Assembly: GCF_001194135.2 (NCBI RefSeq)
Contig: NC_068985.1
Coordinates: 26,244,386 to 26,308,385, forward strand
Length of the DNA: 64,000 nucleotides
From: Octopus bimaculoides
Taxonomy: Eukaryota
Reading direction: 5' to 3'
Shown: in pieces, positions 48,773 to 61,739 of the stretch
Layout: each line of letters opens with the position of its first letter
Position numbering within the stretch: the stretch's first letter is position 1
Translations under genes and position numbers: made by a program
Notes under the pieces: model-generated
The model's input: the letters and a program-made list of their open reading frames with translations, nothing else
Told to the model about the DNA's origin: nothing
Database searches by the model: none

Positions 48773-49130
48773 TTCATCGTCATCATCAACATTTAATGTC
48801 TGTTGTCCATGCTGGCATGGGTTGGATGGTTTGACCAGGGCTGGCAAGCTGAAAGGCTGCACCAGACTCCAGTCTGATTTGGCATGGTTTCTGCAGCTGG
48901 ATGCCCTTCCTAACACCAACCAATCCAAAAGTGTAATGAGTGCTTTTACATGCCACTGGCATGGGTGCCATTTGTGTGACACCAATATCTGCCATCTCTA
49001 AGATTTCACTTGTCTTGATGGGTCTTCTCAAGCATGGCATAATGCCAAAGGTCATGGTCATTTGTCATCGTCTCTGTGAGGCCCAATATTCAAAAGGTGC
49101 TTTTCATGTACCGCTGGCATCAGCCACCTT
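48773..49130 (-). mobile_element. 5'-truncated RTE-type retroposon (variant subfamily)
   Basis: Similar to 52985-53330. Confidence 0.8.
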
Positions 49131-49274
49131 GTCTCCATGAAGCCCAATGCTCTTTCTCTAGCTTACTGATTCTCAACTGGGGGTTCATATGAATTTAAAA
49201 AATCCATATGAGATTTTGTTGTTAAAGTTCATGTGAAATAAATTGGTGATACTTCTCAATAGTTTAATAATTTT

Positions 49275-49568
49275 NNNNNNNNNNNNNNNNNNNNNNNNNN
49301 NNNNNNNNNNNNNNNNNNNNNNNNNNNNNNNNNNNNNNNNNNNNNNNNNNNNNNNNNNNNNNNNNNNNNNNNNNNNNNNNNNNNNNNNNNNNNNNNNNNN
49401 NNNNNNNNNNNNNNNNNNNNNNNNNNNNNNNNNNNNNNNNNNNNNNNNNNNNNNNNNNNNNNNNNNNNNNNNNNNNNNNNNNNNNNNNNNNNNNNNNNNN
49501 NNNNNNNNNNNNNNNNNNNNNNNNNNNNNNNNNNNNNNNNNNNNNNNNNNNNNNNNNNNNNNNNNNNN
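49275..49568. other. Assembly gap
   Basis: N run. Confidence 1.
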
Positions 49569-49913
49569 ATATATGTGTGTGTGTTTGTGTGTCTGTGTTT
49601 GTCTCCCCAACATCGCTTGACAACAATTTCAAGCCTTGTGCCTATAGTAGAAAGCGTTATTATTATTAAATTTTTTTCAACCCTTTCTTTATATTTTCCA
49701 GGTATGACTATTAATAAAAACAGTTGTAATAGTTAGTGATCTGTCACTATTCATGACGACTGCTGTATTTAATCTTCATGTTTTTTTTTTAATAGCTTTA
49801 CATCCATCTTAACCTTGCTGTATACATATGTCTTTTCTAATGTTATTTATCTATTTTTGTGTGCTTTATTTCATGTTTAATTATTCTTTTTATTTTTTTA
49901 TTTATTTATATAG

Positions 49914-50006
49914 GAATGCCACAAACCACCTGTTATAGGACAGGATGTAAATGACCCAAGGTTTGTGTGGTATTGTACAAGATGTGTAAAAAGTCTAGAA
50001 AAAATG
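49914..50006 (+). CDS. INTS12: INTS12 coding exon 4 (ECHKPPVIGQDVNDPRFVWYCTRCVKSLEKM)
   Basis: Matches [24 protein letters not shown]. Confidence 0.97.
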
Positions 50007-50759
50007 GTGAGTTAATTCATTATATGGGGAAAAGAAAACTCAGAGAATATGTTTAGAGAAAACTTTTGGTCTTTGAAACTTTGTTTTTATTTTGTAAATT
50101 AAAAAAAAGATTTTTTACTATATATTGTTTTTCCTTCAATGGCTTTGCTAGAAGAGAAATAGTATTGCCTATGGCTCTTCAGGACCTCTGTGAATGGTGG
50201 GAGAGGGGGAGAAATTTTTCTCAGACCAGTAGCTTGGCCTGAATGCTTGCAGCTGGGCAGTGTATTAAGTATACTACCCAGCAGCAGAAACAGTACTTAT
50301 ATACTTCCTCACAATCTCTATGCACCAAAATTTCTTGCAGATGGCTTTGATTGACTCAAACCCCAGGTCAGTTTTTATTGCATAAACCTATGCTTAAAGG
50401 CGTTCTAACCATGACCAACTCATTTACCTCTTGTTTTATATTATTTGCTGTATACTTTCTTTTTTAAGATGGTAAATTGTGATATAGGGGAGATTTGGCT
50501 GCTGTTATTGTTGGTTGAGCTGGTGTTATTTAGACTTTGATCAGTCTCAATTGAGTAACCTATGGCCACAGCAGTCCAGCCATGACCAAGCAACCAATTA
50601 TCTTTTTTCCAGACATAGTGTATCTATCACTACAATAGCCACTGTAACCTCCTAATTTTTTAGATGATAAGGTATGATTTGAAGAAGTTTTGGCTGTTAT
50701 TTCTAGTTGATTGGGTGACCATGTAGAGTATCACTCATGAGTTTGCTTTATTCAGAAGG

Positions 50760-51500
50760 ACATTTGAATGACTGTTGCAAAGTATGAGTTTGTGGACTGT
50801 CAATAATATTTCCCAAGCTGAAGTTAACCTCTTTTTTGCCTCATCCTTTACTTCCCCCTCACCAACCCGATTGCTCTCCTTTATTCATTCCACACCATGT
50901 CTTTTTGATCTACTTCCTCTATTTCCTTCTACATTCATTTCTGTCACACCTCTCACCCAGTCATTAACATCTTTCCTTATCACATGACCCAGCTACCTCA
51001 TCCTATATCCTATTAGAACATTCATAATTGCCTCTATTCCCACCATCTTCTGCAAGTCATTGTTTCCCTTTTTCTCAGTATTATTTTGCTTATTCACTGA
51101 AGTATTTTCATTTCTGTTCTTTCCAACTTTTTCTGCTATTCCACATACCCATATCTTATTCCCATGAATTATAGCACTTCACACATGCCGTACACAACTT
51201 TCCCTTCAATTTCAGCAATGTTTCCATCCTCATTAGCATGTCACTCAGCCACAGTTACCTTCTCCATGCAACATATCTTCTAACCCACAAAATACTTTCA
51301 CACCATCCATCTACAGCTCCCTCTCTCTATATACATCTTACACTTAAACGTAGCTTCCACAATACTAAATTTTTGATGAACCCATCTAATGCATTTTGCA
51401 CGCCTGTTTAGTAGTCTGAGATTTGACATCAGGATTTCTTTCCGGATGATTTCTGATCTTAATCTGTCACATTTATTTTCCACTATCAGCACCTTTTTTT
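50760..51500 (-). mobile_element. Degenerate RTE-type LINE ORF2 C-terminal remnant
   Basis: Decayed CVRHV*SAIIHGNKIW (cf. CVRSAMLYGSETW) and CIRWVHQKFS segments. Confidence 0.55.
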
Positions 51501-52415
51501 TTTACTCCATAGCAGATGTTGTACATTTTGAATACACATCAGTATCTCCAAGCCACATCCTGTGCTTGCCCATTATAGTTGAAACCTTTTGTAACTGGCT
51601 GGTCTCTCAGTTCCCTTATACTCCCTGCCTTTGAAAAATATTTTTTTAATTGTTTTACAGGCATTTTTCATGATTATGTAAGTGTGAGAGTTTGCTTGTT
51701 AGGGCAATTGCATGTACAGCTAAATACATTTCCTAATGCTAATCTATCAATCATAAAAGAGAAATGAAACCTGTCTTTATTCAGGTCAGCACTGGTCCAA
51801 CAGGGCCATGACCATTCTAGATGTCCAACCCAATTTTTATTCAAATATTGTGTACCTTGGACTACATTATTCAATATATCTTTCTTATATATTTTTAAAA
51901 ATGACAGATGCCATTTTTAATTGATCAAATGACCATGCAAATGCTGCTTTCATTAGCTTGAGATTTGGTATTTGGCAAAACATATGGGCACCAGATTGGA
52001 TCCCCATGACTCAACAGAAATTCTATATCACGTTCAGCAAAATATCATGACACTAGCAAATGAAATAAGATTTGAGGAAATCATAAAAAGTCAAAATGAG
52101 CTCATTTCATATAACGAACTATATACAAAGAGATGCTGTGTTGAAAAGGTCAAATAACTTTGAATAAGTTTTTCACTCCTGCAGCATACACTGATGATGG
52201 TGGTGGTGGTGGCAGTGGCGTCAGCGTCATCATCTACTTAACAGTGTCTCTCTTTTTTCCAATAAATCTCATTGTGCTGAATATGTACTGTATTACTGTA
52301 TTGTTAATTGTTATTTATTTCCTAGTATACTTCTCTTCAAAATTTTTTTATTGTCTGAAGCCAGTCTAGTCCAGAGATCCTAGAGTTGCTCATCTGGTGG
52401 TTATCTCCCTTGTCA

Positions 52416-52462
<47 letters not shown>

Positions 52463-52545
52463 ACACACACTCGCAGACTCTCGCGCACGCACAGATATTC
52501 ACCTCCCTTTTTCACTCTCCTGTCTTAGAAAGAACTTTTCCCCCA

Positions 52546-52872
52546 NNNNNNNNNNNNNNNNNNNNNNNNNNNNNNNNNNNNNNNNNNNNNNNNNNNNNNN
52601 NNNNNNNNNNNNNNNNNNNNNNNNNNNNNNNNNNNNNNNNNNNNNNNNNNNNNNNNNNNNNNNNNNNNNNNNNNNNNNNNNNNNNNNNNNNNNNNNNNNN
52701 NNNNNNNNNNNNNNNNNNNNNNNNNNNNNNNNNNNNNNNNNNNNNNNNNNNNNNNNNNNNNNNNNNNNNNNNNNNNNNNNNNNNNNNNNNNNNNNNNNNN
52801 NNNNNNNNNNNNNNNNNNNNNNNNNNNNNNNNNNNNNNNNNNNNNNNNNNNNNNNNNNNNNNNNNNNNNNNN
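52546..52872. other. Assembly gap
   Basis: N run. Confidence 1.
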
Positions 52873-52984
52873 TATATATATATATATATATATATTGCGT
52901 GCTTCATAGAGCATTCAGAGTTTTTAATTCCTATTTCTTACAATACAGTCACAATTAGGGACGATAATATATAGATAATTATAT

Positions 52985-53810
52985 CATCATCATCATCATC
53001 CTCATTTAACGTCTGTTGTCCATGCTGGCATGGGTTGGATGGTTGGACGGTTTGACTGGGCTGGCACACTGGAAGGTTGCACCAGACTCCAGTCTGATCT
53101 GGCATGGTTTTCTATGGCTGGATGCCCTTCCTAACACCAACCACTCTGAGAGTGTAATGGGTGCTTTTACATGCCACCAGCATGGGTGCCATTTGTGTGA
53201 CACTGGGGTGCATTTATGTGCCAATTTGTGTGACATCGGTATCTGCCATGACTGCGATTTTGCTCGGTTTGGTGGGTCTTCTTCTCAAGCATGACATAAT
53301 GCCAAAGGTCTTGGTCATTGCCTCCGTGAGACCCAACACTTGAAAAGAACTCAACCACTTTGCCTTTGTGAGGCCTGACGTTTGAAAGGAACTCAGCCAC
53401 TTTGCCTCTGTCAGGCCCAACGCTCCAAAAGAACTCAACCATTTTGCACAACATTCAAAGTATGTACTTTGCGTGCTACCAGCACAGATGCACTTGGTTT
53501 GACAGGTCCACTCAAGAACAGCACATCGCCAAAGGTCTCGGTTACCAGTCATTGCCTTTGTGAGGCTCAAAGTTTGAAGATCATGCTTCACCACCTCGTC
53601 CTATGTCTTGCTGGGTCTATCTCTACCACACGTTCCCTCTACAGCTAAAGGTCGGCACTTCTTTACACAGCTGTCCTCGTCCATATGCATCACATGACCA
53701 TACCAGCACAGTCGTCTTCCTTACACATCACATCTAATTCCTCCTCTTATGCCTAACTTTTCTCTCTAGATGCTTACACTCTGTCAAACATGCACACTGA
53801 CATGACACAT
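52985..53810 (-). mobile_element. Longer RTE copy retaining the ORF2 C-terminus
   Basis: RRLCWYGHVMHMDEDSCVKKC...VVKHDLQTLSLTKAMTGNRDLWRCAVLE, continuous with the (GAT)n-tailed 3' UTR. Confidence 0.88.
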
Positions 53811-53891
53811 CCATATATATATTTATATATTATATTTATATATATATTTAGAATTGGTGTTTTTATACTATAATTTCTCTTTACATTTTAG

Positions 53892-54041
53892 GCCACTAAA
53901 CCGCCAAAGCCTATCAAGTCTTCTTCACTCACAAACACAATGGAAAGCAGTAAGAGTTTTGTAATGGCATCAAGTAGCAGTAAATCCAGTAAAAGTGACT
54001 CAGCAGACACTGTCCTTCCATTTCGTCGTGTGGAATCAAAA
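53892..54041 (+). CDS. INTS12: INTS12 coding exon 5 (...VLPFRRVESK)
   Basis: Matches LAFKRTEVK. Phase 0-0 with AG/GT flanks. Confidence 0.9.
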
Positions 54042-54687
54042 GTAAGATGTTTTTGCCAAATTTTACTCCACTAACTTTATTTTTCTTTTGTAACCCACTT
54101 TAAACTTTTAGCGTTCAGATCAGATTATTTTGTTAAATGTAATACTTATTTATTCATATTGTTTCGAATTAATCGTGTACTCTTTTGTAGGTGCGAGATT
54201 CTGATGACATACTTTATTTTATGATAGGTGTAAGGGGCCAGATTGGCCAGCTTGAACACAAAGCAGGTAGAATATTTTGGCTAGACATGCCTTGAAGGTT
54301 TCTATTTGTTTTAACTTCATGTGTCCACTGATTTCTTCATACTTCTTTCTTTTGAACTTTGGTTGGGCATTTAGTTTGGTGTCACATCTACTTTCTTAAC
54401 ACTATAACGGTTCATTTAGCTAGATACAGTCAGCCTATTTCTCCTGTGTATTTTATGTAATTTAAATTACCTTTGTTAAAAGTAAGGCTATTATACTTGC
54501 TGTTTTAGTATTACTAAAATTTGGATTTATTTTTAGTCAAGTTAGCTTTTGGACAATACAACTTTACAAAAGGAAAGTACAAGTTTCAGTAATCAAAACT
54601 TGTAACAAATGTCACTCAGACTATTCTTGACTATTTTTATTATAGAACAAGTAGAAAAATATATTTTCAACGCATTTTTTTTTCTGT

Positions 54688-55418
54688 CCTTAAAAGGTGG
54701 ACTAAACCTTTCGTATCCCACCAAACAGATAACAACACCTTATGTGGGTGAAGACCTTCTTTAGCCTGGGGTGCCAGTGTTCCTCCTTTTCCTACCCACT
54801 GTCTTCAGCGCTTGACATTTTTAGAGAGAACCCATTTCTCATCACCAGTTACTATTTGGTCTGAAAAAGGTGAGATGTGACAACAAAGAAGAGCACACAT
54901 TCACTCTCTGTGCGTGATTAGACTCAGAAAGTTTGTGAGGAACCCATTGACCCAATTTGCTGACTTTTCCGATGGCACACAGGTGTCAATGAATAGTTGA
55001 ATGACCAAATCCAAGCTTCTCTGCTAGTTCCTCAACAGTTGTGATGGGATTTTGTTTCACCAATGTTTGCAGGACATCCTTGTTGAGCTCTACAGATCTT
55101 CCAGGATGAAGTTCATCTTCTAGGCTGTAGTTTCTGGTTCAGAATTTCTGGAACCACCGTTGACACTGGGTTACGCTTATTGTCTGATCTCCATATACTG
55201 CATTAATATTTGTCACACTTTCCATTGTGGTGTTGCCTTTATTGAACTCATAAAGCAAAATATGTTGAATATGCTCCTTTGTCACTTCCATTATAGCTTT
55301 GAAAAAAATACCTGCTAAAATCGAACTGCATTCTTCAATACTTACACTAAGAATAAGAAGAAGGTGAACTTATTACCTGCTTTTATAGCAAATTGATGCA
55401 GGTAGTTTATCCCATCCC
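54688..55418 (-). pseudogene. Second mariner lineage, transposase remnant
   Basis: ATG at 55291: MEVTKEHIQHILLYEFNKG...QRWFQKF...GQWVPHKLSE...IVTGDEKW...GLHPHKVLLSVWWD. Contains stops and is 3'-truncated. Confidence 0.85.
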
Positions 55419-55462
55419 CCTCCAAATTTTAGTTCATGCAATTGAAAAAACTGCATTATTTA

Positions 55463-55648
55463 TGGGACGGCCTGATACATAGATACACGACAGGCTTCTT
55501 TCAGTTTCCGTCTATCATATCCATTTACAAGACTTTGGTTGGTTGGGGCTATAGTAGAAGACACCTGCCCAAGGTGCCACACAGTGGGACTAAACGTGGA
55601 ACCATGTAGTTGGAAAGCAAGCTTCTTACCACACAGCCACACCTGCAC
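55463..55648 (-). mobile_element. SINE family B, 5' half
   Basis: Family sequence. Confidence 0.8.
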
Positions 55649-55763
55649 CAATTACAAATAAAAATGAAGTAGTAAGGTGTGGTTGACAGAAAAGATTTCC
55701 AAGAATCATTAGAACATTATTTTCTTTAATTAATAATTTTCATCTTTGGTTTTCTCACTTCAG

Positions 55764-56132
55764 GTATCATCCAGCAGCATGGCAGCCAAGCCTATGAGTG
55801 GTCTGGTCAGTCTTGCAGCTAATTTGTCAGGAAAGACAACGTCTGATGTACTGTTGTCAAAATCTTCACTGACCAAGTCCGAACAGACCAAACACAGTTC
55901 TGCCTCATCTTCATCGAAAGAATCAAAGCCCAGTAGCAACTCCGGATCGAAACTCGACCTTTCAGAGAAAAATCTGTTTGCAGCTGCTTTAACCATGGCT
56001 GCTAAAGTCAGTACCAAAGGCTCCTCTAAAACTTCTAGTGGTATGCAAATGGCTAATGCTGATAAAAGATTACAACTGATGAAGAAGAAGGCTGCTGCTA
56101 AACTTCAAGAGAAACGATCACTTTTAAAATGA
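55764..56132 (+). CDS. INTS12: INTS12 terminal coding exon (...ADKRLQLMKKKAAAKLQEKRSLLK*)
   Basis: Matches AMKRLQMVKKKAAQKK. Spliced CDS is 1173 nt, giving 390 aa. Confidence 0.95.
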   Translation, partial: VSSSSMAAKPMSGLVSLAANLSGKTTSDVLLSKSSLTKSEQTKHSSASSSSKESKPSSNSGSKLDLSEKNLFAAALTMAAKVSTKGSSKTSSGMQMANADKRLQLMKKKAAAKLQEKRSLLK

Positions 56133-56202
56133 TTTTTTTTTTTTGCTTTATTAAATATTTTTCTACATAATTATTTGGTTGTTTCACTTTTGATTTACAA
56201 TT

Positions 56203-56560
56203 CATCATCATCATCGTTTAACGTCCACTTTCCATGCTAGCATGGGTTGGATAATTTCACTGAGAACTGGTGAACCGGATGGCTACACCAGGCTCCGATC
56301 TGATTTGGCAGATTTTCTACAGCTGGATGCCCTTCCTAACGCCAACCACTCCGAGAGTGTAGTGGGTGCTTTTACGCGCCATCGGCACGAAGGCCAGTCA
56401 GGTGGTACTGGCAACGGCCATGNNNNNNNNNNGTGCTTTTACGCGCCATCGGCACGAAGGCCAGTCAGGTGGTACTGGCAACGGCCATGCTCAAAATGGT
56501 GTATTTTACGTGCCACCTGCACAGGAGCCAGTCCAGCGGCACTGGCACGATCTCGCTCTA
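56203..56560 (-). mobile_element. 5'-truncated RTE-type retroposon just after the INTS12 stop
   Basis: Family sequence, interrupted by a 10-N gap. Confidence 0.88.
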
Positions 56561-56899
56561 TGAGACTGACGTGCTACCTACTGCGCTTCTGAATATTTAT
56601 AGGTTCTTAAAACTATTAGTTGAGTTTAAAATAAACCTGCATGTTGTCCAGGTTCTACTATCACATCACACAATTGTTTGGTAATGATGTAGGCTTCTGA
56701 TTCCATGAGTGCACATCACTAGAAATGGCTTAGCTTGACTATGAATATTTGTATAAAATATGAGTATTTAGAATGAATTTCAAACACATTATTATTTATG
56801 TGGTTGCAAATATACAGCTTATTGTCATCAAAGCTGTTAGCAAAATATAAAGAGAAAACCAGAAATTTCTTTCTTACATTATATTGGTTTCAAGGGTTT

Positions 56900-57090
56900 A
56901 ATACAAGGCCAACAATTCTGGGGAAGGTAAGTCAATTACATTGGCCCCAGTACTCAATTAGTACTTATTTTATCGACTCCAAAAGGATGAAAGGCAAAAT
57001 TGACCCAAGTAGCCTTTGAACTCAGAACATAAAGTCAGAACGCTCAGCATTTTGTCTAGTGAAGTCGCAATTCTGCTAGCTCATTGCCTT
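56900..57090 (-). mobile_element. SINE family E copy
   Basis: gtacttattttatcgactcc...tttgaactcagaac. Confidence 0.7.
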
Positions 57091-57699
57091 TCTTTCTTAC
57101 ATAATACTGAACTTCTAGTTACTTCCTTATTACACACTGAAATTTGTTTGAGGTGGTGAGGTTGTGCTCATAGCTCTTAAGACCCTCCAGGTTAGAGTGG
57201 AAGTAAGTGGGTGATATTAGGGCAGTTAAGGATCAATGCATCAGGTTACTAGCTCTAGAGGAAAGGTAGGTAGGAAGAGTCTTGTTTTAAATAGACATGA
57301 CTCCAAGAACAATAACACATTACAAAAATGAGTAAGAACACCTTACCTATGTAATCCTAACATCCTTTTAGCTTTTTTATAATTTTTGGCTATTGATGAG
57401 TACTTTTTGACAACTCACATTCTTGAAATGAATTTGTTGAACTTTGTTTAATAAGTTAAATCATATTCTTAATATATACCTATATAACTTTGCATATCCA
57501 TGCTAATTTACACCAGTAAATTCAAAGTAAAGTATGAAGAAACAAAGTTAGAAATCTTTTGGAAACTACTCCAATTAAAGGACAAATTTGTATTCAACCT
57601 TTTAAAAAACATATATATCAACGTATATATATATATTAACTTATATGTAAAGAGTTAGCGGTTATAGTAACTGACTAAGGGATGAAATAGCTGTATATA

Positions 57700-58252
57700 C
57701 TATTGGTATGGTGTGCAGGCACACCATACATTTAGAGTGCAGATAACAACAGGATAAACAAGAGTTTATCAGGAACCAATGAAAATAATTAGAAAATGGA
57801 GAAAACCACAGATTAACCAACACATCAGTTGGACCATATTTAAATCTTAATTTTTAATACAAAGCATGACATAACAAAATAGGTGATGTAACATATCTTA
57901 AGGCCATTACTCATGAGATTGCCAAAATGCAGTCTATAAATAAATGCGAGAATAAAATTCTTCATCTTCATAGGGCATTCGAATTAAGGCAACGGATCTT
58001 CATCAGAGTGAAAAACAAGCAGATATTATAAAGATGGAAAAGGGAAGAAAACATGGCTTAGTGAAGTAGTCTAGAGGCCCAATATGTTAAGAGCAAATAA
58101 TTATTTACCATCAGGGCTACAGGGTCGGTAGATAAAAGAGTGAGCTAGTCACCTATTTTGTTATGTCCTGCTTTGTATTAATAATTAAGCTATAAATGTG
58201 GTCCAATCGATGTGTTGGTTAATCTGTGGTTTTCCCCATTTTCTAATTATTT
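57700..58252. repeat. Penelope-like repeat with a 104-bp inverted repeat
   Basis: 57783-57886 is a reverse complement of 58149-58252. Perfect hairpin at 57706-57729 and a CTGATGA...CGAA motif on -. The Penelope assignment is inferred. Confidence 0.55.
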
Positions 58253-58273
58253 GCATTTATATTAACTTATATA

Positions 58274-58514
58274 TTGGGTTGGTGCATAATTATTGTGGCT
58301 TTTTTTTTCAACAAATTTTATTCAACTATAACAATATTTAGCAAAAACATCTTTAAATAATGGTCTGACTGTTTGTCAAGCAAATGGGAAGCAATAATTG
58401 AAGTAGATGGTGAATATGCTCTGGAATAATCATTTAAAGATGTTTTTGTTACATATTGTATTTGTTGAATAAAATTTGTTGAAAAAAAGCTGCAATAATT
58501 ATGCACCAACCCAA
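58274..58514. mobile_element. Mariner-derived MITE
   Basis: TIRs ttgggttggtgcataattatt / aataattatgcaccaacccaa with TA TSD. The interior keeps a transposase C-terminus (SSKWEAIIEVDGEYALE*). Confidence 0.9.
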
Positions 58515-61500
58515 TATATATTAGGCTCATGTTGATTGACTGAAATCTCTTTATCATTCATTTAATTTGAGATTTTATTATTTAAATATAAATGATTTGG
58601 TACAGGTATTTGGAACATTGAAAATTTTTTATGAAATGAGAAAGAATCAGTAATGCAATAGTGTATAACCTAGCCTGCTGATTGTAATTATTTCCTTGAA
58701 TTTAACCACAGTAAAAAAAAAATTGCTAGCTTTTCATCATATGATGTTAAAATAAACATTAGTTAAAAGTATTATGGTAATAATGTGAAGTGTCCTAAAT
58801 GCATGATCAATGGGAAGGTTAGGAATATATAAGTAGATTCATTTCTGTAGCCACAATTTTATTCTCCTTTCCCTCTCCCTTTTCCCTCTCTCACCCTCTT
58901 TTTTGCCTTTCTTTCTCTCTGTGATTTCTAAAGACATTTTCTCTATATCGGTTATTCACTTGCTTGTTCTCTTATATCTATTTCCTTATTTTTTGCTCAT
59001 TCCACATGCATGCATATACACATACATGTCCACAAACATAGTTGCAGATAAACATTTTGTTTTTAGAGAAAAGTAAATAATTTCATATTGTCTGTATGTA
59101 AAATATTGATTGCTAACATAGGCACAAGACAGAACAATTTGAAGGAGTGTAAAGGTTGATTAAATTTGACTTAAGTACTTGACAGGAACTTCTTGTTATT
59201 GACCTAGAAAATATAGAAGTATCCTTCACACTGATGGGATTTTAGATAAAATTGCAATGAGCCAAAACTAAGCAAAGCAAAGCATGTTTAGTGAATTACC
59301 TTTATTGATAATCATCTGCCTTTCTTTATATAAAAATATAAGAAACTTTTTAAATACCTTACCAGCAATGGTCTGACTGAATATTTTATTCACTCAACTA
59401 CGCTTCTCATTTTGTACAATGCTAAATCTTTTGTTACAGATGGGTTCAATTAATTAATTATAATTCAGCCTGTACATTGCCAGTAAAGTATTTTATTGTT
59501 CCTGAATAGGATGAAAGACAAAAAATGGCTCGGCATAATTTGAATTCTGAGCTTTTTCAATGTTATGTATTGAAAATAAAAGTGAATCTTATTGTCCACT
59601 TTTTCCTGCTCACATGGGTTAGAAAGTATTTGTTGAGGCAGATTTTTCTGCAGCTGGTTGTTCTTCCTATCACCAACCCTCACCAGTTTTCAACCAAGGT
59701 GATATTTCCACATGGCCAGACATATTTTTAAAGAATACTGGAAATAAATGGCAACACTTGTGTGATGCGGATGCTTGTTTACAACTATCATGTAATGACA
59801 AGAAAAGAAGACACTAGTCACACACATGCATATGTATATGTGTATGTAGGGTTGTTCTTATGTTGCTTGTTTTGTTTTCCATTTGTTTCTTTCATTGTTT
59901 GAAAAAAGTTCATATTCCATGTATTCGTATTTCATGTTGTTTACATTCTGTGATGTCCTGTGCCCACATATGCATATGTATATACATATATATGTAAGTA
60001 TGTACATATATGTATGTATATATGCATATATATATATTATTTATACTATTAAATGATTGAACACCACACATCCATTTCCAAGTAAGTTTTATCTTAATAA
60101 TTTTGATGCGACACTATTCTATTCTATTACTCTTTTGTTTCTTTTATCTTCCTTTCTCTAATTCTTTTTATCTCCCCTTCTCCCCCTTTTGTTTTTTTTC
60201 CTCACTCATCTTTTTTCTAATTCTTTTCCTCTCCCCTTCACCATTCTCTGTCTGTCCCTCTCTCCCCCTCACTCTTCCTCTTTTGCCCTCTCATTGCTCA
60301 CACATGACCATCGGCCATCTTTCCTTCTTTTCCTAACTTGAGTTTCTTTCTTTCCTTCTGATTCAGCTGCAGGGATCAGATGCATTCTTGTCTGTCTCCT
60401 GTCCAAGCTTGTTTCACCAAGTTCGCCACCTCACCTCGTTTAGGCTTAGCAGCCCTTCCCGTTTGTTTTCACTGTCCTGTTTTTGTTACCAATTTTGACC
60501 CTCCGCAAAATCCCAAATTTTATTTAATTTGCTTTGTGGGAGCAACTGTTTTGTTGAAGGCATATCTTGCCGTGAATTGCTCGAAATATGGAATAGAAAA
60601 ACAGCCAACAACAGATGAAGGGTCGTTCTTTATGTTGCTCATCTTGTTTTCCATTTGTTTTTTTCGTTGTTCAAAAAAAGTTCATATTCCATGTAAAGAG
60701 TTAAGGCAGTAAGCTGATAGAACAGTTAACATGCTGGGCAAAATGCCTAGTTGTATATCATCCTCAAACCAAGAGCCTCCATGACTGGTGGAAGGAAGAC
60801 CTTATCCTCAAACCTTTGATGTAGTCCATATATCAAAGTGAATTCCACTGAAGGCATTTAATGATTAGGTAATAAACCAGATGATAGATTAAGTCTAGCA
60901 CACAAGAACTCCGAATGTAAAGATCTAGTACAAATATAAAAAGTTATCTAGTCCAACACTCTAATACATGTGCCAATCCACTGCACTGGACCTGGTACTT
61001 AACTTTATCAAGCTCCAAAAGATAAAAGGTTAAGTTGACCTTGGTAGAATTTGAACTCAGAACACTGAGTACTGAAATAAATGCTGCAAGGCATTTTACT
61101 CTTCATTCTAATTACCCTATGTGTGTGAGTGTATATGTTTAGGAATCTGTATGTATAGTTTGGTGATTGTGTGTGCATGTATGTATATGTAGTTTGATGT
61201 TTGTTTGTGTATTGTTTTGTGTGCAGTTTTGTTTACTTATTTCTAAGTTCATATGCCAAGATGTCTGTAACATTACATATTTGCCTTGATATCCTGGTAT
61301 ATAATAGATTCACTTTTACCACATCAACAAGGTTAATTAGCTATATGTGAGCCACCTAGCGGTTAATATCTCCTACATTTCGTATCAAACAATGATGGCA
61401 TAATGTCAAGTTTTATGCTGATGATGACTATAATGATGGACCACTAATATCAAATGCAGTCTTTTGATGTATATATTTTCAGTGAATATAGTTAAATATT

Positions 61501-61739
61501 TTAAAATTATAATTAAAATGAGAATAGTACACTGAAAAATTGATAAAGCCTTCCAGATATGGGTCCACATTTATCAAGTATCAATTTAGCCAGCTTTTAT
61601 CTCCAGTTTTCTTTCAGGCAGTCACATAATGACCCAAATTTTACAGTAGGTTGTTGTTTTTTGTCTCCAGGTCAGCTCTGAGTGGGTAGATGTATGATTG
61701 AAGGTGTTTTCAACCTGTACCGTACTTTCTTTTGCATGA

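Noticed and set aside
49185-49632. Long ORFs of X residues (also 52386-52958)
   Set aside because: They span N gaps.
56365-56490. Exact ~57-nt duplication either side of the 10-N gap
   Set aside because: Most likely an unmerged contig overlap.
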